64,000 nucleotides of DNA from Phoronis australis (Eukaryota > Animalia > Phoronida). Positions within the stretch are counted from its first letter, which is position 1. Each line of letters starts with the position of its first letter. Below, in pieces: positions 27,211 through 38,043 of the stretch. The stretch covers positions 217,954-281,953 of the forward strand of contig NMRA01000179.1 of the NCBI GenBank assembly GCA_002633005.1, given 5' to 3'. Position numbers and translations under genes: made by a program. Below the pieces are notes generated by a model, which was given only the letters and a program-made list of their open reading frames with translations, did not search any database and was not told where the DNA came from.

Positions 27211-27365
27211 CAGACCAGGTAGAGTTCAGTAACGCTAGGATCTCGCAAAAAAGCAAGACTTCGCGAGATGAAGTGAGATATTGCCGTGCATTTTAAATGA
27301 GAACACGTGATTTTGGTTTGATTTTAGCGAGGTCCTAGCGTTACTGAAGTCTACCCTGGTTTCTG
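27211..27365. mobile_element. ~155-bp MITE with ~35-bp terminal inverted repeats
   Basis: ACCAGGTAGAGTTCAGTAACGCTAGGATCTCGC pairs with GCGAGGTCCTAGCGTTACTGAAGTCTACCCTGGT. Confidence 0.75.
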
Positions 27366-27613
27366 TTTCAAGAAACTACCCCAGTGACATAGTTTACGAT
27401 GCAAATACCTCAATCCGCACGCGCATAATAGAAAAGTCATTGACGACGAAAATAAATATGTGAGTTGAGACTTGGGATTCCATTTCCGTTGTCGGATAAA
27501 TGTCACATCGTCACGATGGGAACGTGTAGTCTCCGATGTATAAATCTATTAATGTAGTCTTGTGAGTGCGGAATACGTCTCAGGATCGTAGGAAAAGAGG
27601 TTGTGTCTGGCCT

Positions 27614-28053
27614 GGCCGGGGGTACACACGTCCGGTATACAAGTGGGGTCCACTTGTATATATGGAACGTGCTGCTCTGATGACTAACTCTCTCAGCCAT
27701 ATTCCCTAGGAAAGATTCACTTTTGTGGTTGGAATCTTTAGAAAGGGTCCATTTTGTGCAATAGAGCTGTAAATTTGGAATTTTGTTTTTATTATTTTTG
27801 ACAAGAATATAATGCGACGGGGTTTTTACTTGATTTTAATTCAATAAGCAAAGCATTTTGTAGGGTAACGCTAAGGGAACCCTCTATGAAAGGGTAGTTT
27901 TGTCTTAGTGGCTCCCCATAAATGGGCCCCTTTAAACGTTCTTACTTTCTAAAGGTGGGTTTCTTTCTTGTCGACTCTTTCAAAGGATGGGTTTATATGT
28001 AATTTCCCAACAGACCATCACCTCAGATTACAGGCTAGACAAGTATCCCCCGA
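27614..28053. mobile_element. Degenerate CCGGGGGTAC...GTATCCCCCG MITE
   Basis: Imperfect inverted termini and internal A/T-GGGT subrepeats. Related to the element at 3938. Confidence 0.35.
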
Positions 28054-30239
28054 GCTGTCTGGGTACCTGTAGAAACTGCGTGTCTACGCCCAAGACTTAA
28101 CGAGTGCTTGTTTAATTGGTAGAAAAAGGTCATCGACAGATGGTGGACTTCTAGTGTATTGCAAACATTCCGTCTTCGAAGGATACGAATCTCCTGAGTG
28201 CTCACTTACATGTACGGACCAAAACACTGTGACAAATTAAAATCATGTCCGATCGCATTTACTTTTCTCAACTGCTTCATGACTTACTGCACTGAGAGAA
28301 AGTCGGTGTAAGGTAAAATTTGCGGGCTATTTTTAATATGTATAACGTCAGTCTTTAGCCATATTATGATACTGGTATAGTTATAGTGCTTAATCTTCGA
28401 ATTTTACGTGTAATTTTCTAAATGGAAATGTGTTATAGGGACATTTTACTCAATTGAAATGTATCTTACGTCCCTTTAAGTGAGACAGTTCGATTTAAAA
28501 TTCGCAGAGGAAAGTTTGACGCTTCGGAATTTGAAATGCAAATTTAACTTGTTATCAAAGCATTAGTGCAATTGAACATGACACGAAGCGCCTTCTAGAT
28601 GTGTCTATAACTCGATGCTAATAAATATTTCCACGAATTCAAAATTGCATATTGGTATTCAAATTTGCAATTTCGAATTCGTCGAAATGTTTATTATTGT
28701 ATTCAAATTACATTTGGCCGTATATTGAATGTATATGATAAAGCGGAACGTACATGTACCTGCAGCTCGTCTGAGTCAGTGGATGGGACGATCCAGGTAG
28801 TACCGTTTATCATTCAACGAACAAGTCTTTGTTAAAGGGACGTTATCGGCTTTAATGCCAAAACGGTATGTTTGGGGGATTATTATCGGATAGGATAGAC
28901 TTTTAAAGCAACGAAACAACGACATTACGTTCTGTATAGGTGATTTTGTTACGTTAGTTTTCGCCGTAGTCCTACCAGACATACGTTGAAGCCAAGGCCC
29001 ACCACTTGAATACGCTAAAACTACATGAAGTGAGATTTAGCTCCGCTAATAGAGATCATGGAAGTTGTAAGTTCGACTGACCGCACCGACACTGATCTCA
29101 GAAATTACCTTTCTCACTGATAATGTCTCTTCAACTTGTTGGTGTTCGATAAAAATGTGGCGACAGAACAAAGAAAACGGGGTTAAATGCGTATTAAACA
29201 CCCCGTGGCACTCATATTTCTACCTACGCTACATGTTTAATCAATCGACATAAATAACGCAGTGTTTTGTCGTTTCATTGCCATTTTATTGCCTATTTTA
29301 CCGTAAACAAGTGCATGCGCCGATGTGGCTTGCATCAGACGAGTGCATGCCATGGTCGGGTCGACTGCATGGAACACCTGAGCGAAACTCATGAACTAAC
29401 ACCAGCCTATGTAAACCGCTTGATGAAACGTTTTCGGGTCGTGATGGAATAATAATTTTGTACTTTATGGAAGTCAATTTTTGAGTAAAGAGAAACTCTG
29501 TAAAGGGAAAATATCCTAGGGGGGGAGGGGGGAGCCCCCCATTTGGCGAAGCAGGCAAAAAGGTTCGCCTCTGAGAGACAAAAAGTCTAATAAACATGCG
29601 CCAACGCGCAATTCACAGTGGTGCTCCCGTTTTTTTTAGTCCGCCCCTTCTTTTGTTACCAAAAGGTCCACAAAGTCAGAAATTCGAGCCCCCATAATGA
29701 AGGCTGGGTGCGCGCATGTTATCGGCTAGGACAGTTATTTTCTAAGATTAGTCTTATTGCGGATTCGATCCTCCAACCTTCGCTGTCGCAGCCGAAATCG
29801 GAGCTAAATCCCACTCAATAAAAGGCAGGGTTATGGTTTTGTAAACCGCTATTTACTAACTAAAGCATTAATTCGCATTGCAGATGTGTGTAAGGTAACA
29901 TTTGTCTTGCCTTCGTTAGAGTTATGGAAGTTTGCAATGCTCCGGATTGGGCTAAACATTTAAAAGCACAAAAACACAAAGGATGGTGCTACTTTATATC
30001 TCCATTGGCAACTAATAACTTCAAGAAGTCTATCCCATCCAGCAGTAATCCACAAAGTCGCGTTTGGTCTGCCTTCAAGGTTGTGTAGGACCTTAGACAA
30101 ATGTCCACATTTGGTTAACTTCGGAACATCCTCTCTCACAAATGGCCAATAGGAATGATGTAAAACCCTCAGATCCACTGTTCTCCAAAACAGTGTTAGG
30201 AAATGCCTTTAAAATTTTACACGTTTGCACGAGGGTCAT

Positions 30240-30950
30240 TCAAAATATGACTGATGATTTCCATCATGAAAAAACTTCGAACTTGTCTTCCATAAAAACG
30301 ATCTGAAAGCAAAACGACATTTTAGAAAACTGTAACACCGTTTTTCAGATTTCGTCTGAAAATTTGTACCAAATAAAATCTGCTCATACTATTGATACCA
30401 ATGTACGGTTTTTTTATTACACTTTACTAAATAGATGGCCTCGATTCACCCAGTTATTGTGGTTTGATAAAGAGACAAACATCAAATTGCACAGGCTTTC
30501 TTCTTGAGGGAAATACAATTTGTACCGAGTTTAGATTAATGGTCTCAGAAATGGCTGATCGGACTCGTATGAAACTTATAGATACTAGACTTTATGTACT
30601 GTTCTATAAAACATTGCTATGAATTGCTTGTAAAATGTTACACTTGTGTATGAGGGGCTATCCAACTATGACTGATGTTTTTTCGAAGCAAAACGATAGT
30701 TTGGAAAATTGTAAACCCGTTTTTTTAGATCTCATCTGTACATTTGTACTAAATAAACACCGGTCGTTTTATTGGTAGCGTTGTTTTGTTGAATCTACCT
30801 TTTCTTTTTACTAAACCTAACTTAAAGACGTGGTCACGGGTGATCCTATTGAGGTCAATTTGGTAAGAAGCCAAACACCAAATTCTGCCGGGGCTTTCTA
30901 CTCTGAGAAAATTTATTACTTTTAATGAGTTAAAATCTATAGTTGTGTAG
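30240..30950. repeat. Diverged ~410-bp direct-repeat pair (likely central repeats of an old non-autonomous element)
   Basis: TATGACTGATG...AAGCAAAACGA...TTTGTAC(C/T)AAATAAA...CAAAC...CAAATT...GGCTTTCT recurs at about 30246-30500 and about 30667-30900. Confidence 0.5.
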
Positions 30951-30960
30951 TTATTTGACT

Positions 30961-31105
30961 AGGCCCTGCGCGACCGTAACATGCGCTGGTACTGGACAGA
31001 CCTAGCTGTTAATAAGGCCCTGCGCGACCGTAACGTGCGCTGGTACTGGACAGACCTAGCTGTTAATAAGGCCCTGCGCGACCGTAACATGCGCTGGTAC
31101 TGGAC
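30961..31105. repeat. Minisatellite, 54-bp unit x ~2.7
   Basis: AGGCCCTGCGCGACCGTAAC(A/G)TGCGCTGGTACTGGACAGACCTAGCTGTTAATA at 30961, 31015 and 31069. Confidence 0.92.
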
Positions 31106-32075
31106 TGCCATTTTGAAAATAACTGTCTATATTACTGGAAATTCAAATTTCTGGTGTTTTGAAATACATGAGGATGCCACTTATCGTGTTCTTTATTAAA
31201 TGTGGCGTCAGGTTACACGTATACGAGCACCTCATGATGCATTCTATATTGAAGTCAGTTATTGAACTAGTACTGAAACATATTGGATAGTTAGTCGTTA
31301 TAATTCGTACCGGAGGGGTTTAGACGAACAATGAATTCGTTGTAGTCGCCGTTTTTTAATTGCATTGAAGAAAGGTTTTTGATTTGTCTGCGCAAATAAA
31401 TTATATTTTCTTTTCCTCATTCCAAAACCATTGCGTAGATATCGCTGTTTGCTGAAACGAAAAAAATCTTTACTTCTCTGGGGAGGCTATGTAAACATAT
31501 TTCTGTGACCATCAGTAACCACGGACAATTTGAAGTCCGTTACTTCCATTTTGTGAGTTGATTGAGCCTACACTTATTGTGTGGACGCACTATACAACAC
31601 GCGCTTCCGGATCGTTAAACTCTTTTAATATTGAAGTTGACACGCAGTTACTGGTTTATATTAAAAAGACGCATTATATAACGCTGGCTGCGAATGGATC
31701 TGTGTACTGAATAGCTTAGGAATAGGCTTGCACCTGGTCGGTAATTAGGTGAGGAAAATTGTAGCATATAATACTAAATTCTACGTAAGCACAATCGGTT
31801 CCGAAAAAGTTCTGCATTATGCGACAATGATTGACCTAGCCTAATCATTACCAAGGTGTAGCGAACCCTTTCCTTCTGCGCATAAAAACAACGTTTGATT
31901 TGGACCAGTCATCGTCATAAAATCCGTGTAGTCCTGATTCTTACACTGATTAGAGATGATTTCATGACTCGATAAGAAGTGAATATTGTTACCTACAAGG
32001 CTTATTGAGCCAGTTTCTTGTCACGTTTTAGTCGGTAGTTTCAATCCCTATTTATTGTTTCAGTAGCTAGTTTCA

Positions 32076-32196
32076 CATAGGTGGATCCAGGGGTCCAAGG
32101 GGGTCTGGACCCCCCTTTAATTTTAGTGATATCAAATCTAGATTTTTCAAAGTGTTGAATTAGATCCTCCTTTTAAAAATCCTGGACCTGCCCCTG
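32076..32196. mobile_element. hAT-like MITE with 6-bp TSD (GTTTCA)
   Basis: gtttca|CATAGGTGGATCCAGG ... CCTGGACCTGCCCCTG|gtttca. The interior is shared with the copy at 39177. Confidence 0.75.
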
Positions 32197-33125
32197 GTTT
32201 CAGTCGCTATGTATAGTTGAGTCGCTTTGTCCAGTCGCTAGTTTCATCCGCCGAAGCAGTGCAGTCAGCATAGGAATTACCCGCGTTTTTTAAACGCAAA
32301 TATTAAATATTTAAACAGTGAATAAAAAAGCGATTAGTTTCTATTAAACTAGGAAGAGAATTGCTTCGGACATCTGAACTTGGTTGGTGAGCATCCATGC
32401 TGAACTAAGATACGGGATTTTTTCTAGTCCTTCACGTCATTTTCTACAACGTCCTTGGAAAGTAAATACACACCCCGGGGTCAGTTATGAGCACGAGAAA
32501 ATGAATCTCCAAGATAACTAGGATCTGAAAGTTTTATTAAAAGGGTTGTTTTTTCCCATCACTGACGGATCTCGGAATCCAACCAACAATCTCAGCTGTC
32601 TCATCGGCTGGCGTAACTAACCTCCACTTCATTGGTAAATGACGGCCTTGAATACTGCAGAATGGCTAGCAGACAACACAGCGAGAATTGGCGAGACGTA
32701 GTAAATCACAGCACCACGGACTTTGTGTTGTTTTATAACTCATATCAAAGTTAATAAACTTAATAACACTGAACATAACTAATAACCTAATAACAATAAT
32801 CATAACTAATAACTTAACAGTAATCACCTAACTGCGTTTTCCTGTCGTATAACTGACAATGTTAATTTGAACATTTCTTTTGCAAGAAGAATTAGAATAA
32901 GCCCTGCGTGTTACGTTTTGGAAAACTATTCACTTGTTACCAAAAGTCAACTTCTCCGACATATTTTAATTAACACACAGTAACTTTTTGTGAAAAAAAC
33001 TACCATATTTCATCTGTCTGATACAATCAAACAAGTTTTTAACGCTCTTTAGCTTAGCAAAACAAACCCTATAACAAAAATGCGTGTTCTTTAGAGTTAG
33101 GGTGGTTCAATTATGAATTCATATT

Positions 33126-33283
33126 CAGTGGCGGATTTAGAGGGGGACCAAGGGGGCCATGCCCCCCCAAAAAATTCTCCCAGATTCCATTTTGCAGTAC
33201 GGGGGTGCGAATGTTTGACGGGCAAAATCCTGGCTAATACTCTGCCCTGGTTCCTCTAACTAAAAAACTTGGATCCGCCCCTG
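33126..33283. mobile_element. hAT-like MITE with 5-bp TSD (ATATT)
   Basis: atatt|CAGTGGCGGATTTAG ... TTGGATCCGCCCCTG|atatt. Confidence 0.78.
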
Positions 33284-36200
33284 ATATTAGAATTAACGAT
33301 TGTATTCCTTCAACAATCTCGTTTTCCAAGAACTGTGTGGTAAGCATGTGACTTCATAATACTGGGAAATAATTTTTCATTCGTTCCTCTTGTCTTTGTT
33401 TTCGTTAAGGACGTAAACTTTATAACTTCTTTTGTTTTGCATGCCCAGAGTTTAATACATTAATGCAGCATTCAAAGGTTCCACAATTTTACAGAAAAGA
33501 TTATCACCGGTGACTAAGCATGGTGTATCGCTATAACTAGCTTTTTGCCTCAAGTCTAAACAGATTTATTTAGCCAGCGCATTACAAGCATTGTGTACGA
33601 AGGCATTAGAGCACAATGGTAGAACGCAAAAATAACATTCCATATTAACGTGAGCCGCATGTCCGAACGCTGACTGAGTTTACATTGGCGGTGAATTTGT
33701 ATACAGCGGCGTACGAATGCTATTGAATGTATTGGTTGATCTGAGCTGAACCAGTGCCGCATATCGTTGGGTTTCTGTCGATTTGTAAACACAGGCACAA
33801 GGGCCGTTGTTAAGAGACCGGCTGGTCGCGAGTTGAGAAGCATCGATGGATGACAGACGATTATTGTATACGGATTAAAATCATGGATTAAGAATGCGAT
33901 TTATCAACAACCGACAGGAAGGTAATTAAAGTTTTCAAATTATCCGTAGGTTAGGTACGAAATGAGCTGTCACAGAATACCTGCCAAAATCTTGTGAAGT
34001 TATCAGTTTTCTTGTGATTTGCCGGGGAGAACTCAGGGTAGACAACCATTAGCAGGAAAGCATATTCGGCCTGATATAATTACATTGTTTCTTTACGATG
34101 GCGAAAAACCCTTAGGCGCAGGGGAACTGATACCGAGAACCATATGACTGATCGGTCGTCGTCAATGCGTATAAACCTCGTTGTCAGAATCTCATTCAGG
34201 CCTGTTTGAGATTGTTTCTGAGCTGATAAATACTGTATGTTTGGCTACGGGCTTTACCGTAGCCGTAAAGTTACTATTGATGCACAAGGTATCATATGAA
34301 TAACCGCAAGACACTTGTATAATAACCCCTATATTAATTAGTAATTAATGCTTTGTTTATAATCCGGTTTGCGAGCGAGACCCGCTGCCATGGTGTCTGG
34401 ATATCTCAAACGATACAACAGGAATGTATTAAAATGTTATCCAGTTCGTGTGGCATATCGTGTTCTAGTTCCAGGCACTGATTCAGAATAAGTTTTAAGT
34501 TCAGACTGTAAAATTCAGTGTACGTTGCAGTAGGCTTTGGACAGAACAGAGGTAGGTCCATTTTCAATGACATTGAAAGACGATTTATTTTTGCCTTAGT
34601 TTCGGGCCTTTAGTTTCGGGATCTATTCTATTAAATGTCACAAAGTTCAACATTTCGAGGAGTTTTTGTTTGTGTTAAAGTCCTTTAACCTGGTTGCCTG
34701 TCTATCCGTGTTGCGTGTACAACTTTTTAATCGACTGTACAACTAACCAGAACGTGTGGACACGTGTTCCGGCACGACTTAGCGATCTAAACAGTCGGTT
34801 ACGGCTGGAAAATTGACAGAAGCAGAGCTCTTCGATTTTGCTGCGACTTTCGTTGCACTAGAGAGAAGTCGTATACGACTTTTGAACCACTGTACCACTG
34901 TCCGACGTAAACGAACTTTATGCAAAGTTCTATACAAGCTACTAATCGGAGTGTGACGACTCGGGGGGTTCTTTGCCAAATTGTGGCCAGGTGTGTCGCA
35001 ATCAATCAAAAATCAGTCAAAATCCAGACCAACCCAACATCTCAGTAGCCTTACTTATTAATGGGTACCCGAGATAGTTCCAAGCTATCACGAAAACCTT
35101 CAAAAGACAACATTTACCTCTCTACACAAAGTTAAAGCCGATAAATAATTGAAAGTTACGTGTTGAACTTCTCACTTTTCAGTTTTTACCGAAGCTTTAA
35201 ACCCGATGGAAAGATAGACTTGAAAAACCACAGTAAGCACGTACGTAATACTATTTTGCTTTGAAGCATCTTGGCTTTTACTTTGGCTTGTTCTGGTTGT
35301 TTACTCTCATTTTACATCGTAAACTATGTTGTTTGCCGTTAGTTCCCCCCTCCTTTGTTAGTTATGTACTCGGAGGATTGTAATAAAGATTAGTCACGTA
35401 AACACGATTGATAAGTATTATGTTTGATGGAAAGCTTTATTAACCCTCTAAAACTGTCTTAAGTTATGAATTATAAATAATGCAGTGCGTACCCTAAATT
35501 AGCCGAATGGTTCGATTGGTCGCACTCTGGTGTTTACCTTAGAGATCATTAAAAATGCTTTGCATGACACATTGTTTGATAAAGACTAGCCCGATAAGCG
35601 TTTTAGGCTGTGATAACAGGCATTAAATTATTATTTGGCTCGAGGTGTAGCAATTGCCTTTCCTCATTAACAATTTTACATTCTTTTTCCGCAAAATTGG
35701 CGTCATCACGCCGTATTTTGATACGTCATGACTTTAAAGTCTTTATTAGAAATAATTAAAATGACGTTAAAGTAGAGGCGAAATGGCAGGATTGCACCTT
35801 ACTATTAACACAAACCACTAAATTTTCTGTATAGTACCGGTGAGTTATTTGCCCCTCTGTTTTTTAGCTCAGGGAGTACTTTGGAAAACGTAAAATTACT
35901 GAAACAAACGGTATCTTTTATTAAAATTCGGAAGATTACAGGTTTTAGCTGGAAATATTTAGGTTGAAATAAGGAAGTCAAGCGGTAAAACTGGACTTGT
36001 ATTGTGAAAGTGTGCTCATATGTCTGTTACTTCATGTCATTCGACTCACAACAGATGTAAAGGCGCATTATTTCATTGAGAGGTGATGGAAGCACTTGTG
36101 CCTGTCGAGGCTCTATTGTTTGGCTCAAATCGAGACTGGACAAATCCCAAGCACCACGCATAAGACTGTATCTTTTCATCCTTTCCAGTGTACACAATAC

Positions 36201-36519
36201 TTGGTTTCATCCTTGTTTGTTCATCTAAGTGAGATGATGTTCGCGATAACAGGACACTCATTGTTGGCGTCCTCCTTGTTGACACTGTTCGAGTTATGTA
36301 TTTTGCTGCAGGTGGACATGTTTTCTGAATATGAGTCAGATATATGAGATAAAGTCGTAACTACAGTGTACCACTACAGCGTATATTCACGCAGACCAGG
36401 GAAGCCTGACTTGGAGTCCCAAAACTCAATTTCCTCTGTGTTCATACCTAATTCGTACGCAGTATACGAAGTACAATACTCACACGTGATGATACATGCA
36501 TTTTAATGTTTTTTTTTTT

Positions 36520-36630
36520 GTATTTGGCGACGATGTGTCAGGGGTGTTAGAATAAAGCACCTTTGTACCCTAAGTTGTCGTATTTGGCGACGACGTGTCA
36601 GGGGTGTCACAATAGAGCACCTTTTTACCC
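36520..36630. repeat. 60-bp tandem duplication
   Basis: GTATTTGGCGACGA(T/C)GTGTCAGGGGTGT...AATA(A/G)AGCACCTTT(G/T)TACCC at 36520 and 36580. Confidence 0.8.
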
Positions 36631-37912
36631 AGTGTTGCCTTCGTTAGCCTTCGGTTACACTTCGTATCCACGGAAACATAGGCCAAACGGTGTTTCTTTG
36701 AGCGACGGGTTTTCTAGTGTTTGGTAGACACTCTGTCTCTACGGTGTTCATTGGTATAGTCTTCTAACCTGGCTGTCCTCTAAATATTCCCGGTAAATAT
36801 TACTTCAACGTTAAATGAATAATTCCTGAATGTGTTTCATGAGAACTTCGATCCTTGTGAAATTGTTGTGTGTAAATTGGAGTTTCTAATAGCGACATTA
36901 GATTAGTCAATACAACCCAAGGTATGGTATATGACGTCATCGAGGTATGTTCCGTCTCATCTGACGGTCTGCAGCGGCACATGGAAAATTTTGTACGAGG
37001 AGACTATGCAATGGGATGTTTTATGCTTTCAAACCTTGTGTCTAGACCTGAATTCGGGATCATGGACACGTGGAAGGGATTTACGTAAAATAAAACCATT
37101 TCTACTACAGATGCATACTGTTAAAACTGGATGTGACGACTGGAGTATTAGACGTTGTCCACGTCGAGCAACGTGAACACTTCGGCCCAAAATACTGGCT
37201 TAACGTCTGTGTAATTATGTGACCACAGCACATTGCCTTAGCGCCATCACGCCAAGTACAGTGAAAAGGCGTTTCTCAAAATTCCCGGAACGCGAGAGAA
37301 TACTTCCAGAAAGTGCTGAAAGAAAATTGTGTTTTCAAGACAATCGTGTGGACAGGAGTTTACATAGCGCTGAAGTGATATGCAGCTAGTGCTGTGCTAA
37401 TTCGAACACGACGGTGACAGAACAAATATTATTTAGATAAAAATAAGACGCCAGCCTTGTTGAAAGAAAGGGAGTCCAATCGTTAGCTCTACTTATGTTT
37501 GAAATCAATACCCGATTTGACATTCAGAAAATAACTTTGAAGTTGTTCGAACTCGTGCAAGTTAAATGACCGAGGGTGGATCCATTTTTTGACATTCGAC
37601 AAACCAGCGTATTCCACTAGTGTTTGATAATTCGTTTCAAATTTCATTTCTTATCGGGAAAATTATTGATCGCCGTCCATGCAGACGTTTTTAAAAGAGC
37701 AACGATTAAGGTGTGTCGTATACTGACGTGCGAAGACAACATGCGATTGGAATCTGTCTTCGCAGTCACCGATACAGGACCTAGCTAGAGACTACCTGGA
37801 GAAGAACAAATTGCACTGATCTAAAAATTGTTTTGTGTGCACATTTTATTTAATACGCCATTACTTTCAGACGTTACTAAAATACAAGTGTTGCGATTGA
37901 CTGCTTGGCGTC

Positions 37913-38043
37913 ATGACGAACCCGTCGAATAGTCTGTACAGCGGTGGCGACATCGGAGTTGGAAATTCGAGAGTGGTAACAACGAAAAGAAGAAAGACAC
38001 TCCCAGAGCCTACGTATCCGTCGGTAGAAGAACTGAGTAGAAG
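37913..38043 (+). CDS. ZU5/death-domain gene, first coding exon
   Basis: Acceptor tttcag at 37870, an in-frame TGA upstream of gtcATG, then MTNPSNSLYSGGDIGVGNSRVVTTKRRKTLPEPTYPSVEELSR. Donor AG|gtagta is phase 2 and matches the next exon. Confidence 0.65.

Noticed and set aside
30961-31105. CRISPR-like array or RWYW peptide repeat ORF
   Set aside because: The units are contiguous with no spacers, the context is eukaryotic, and there is no splice or homology support for coding.
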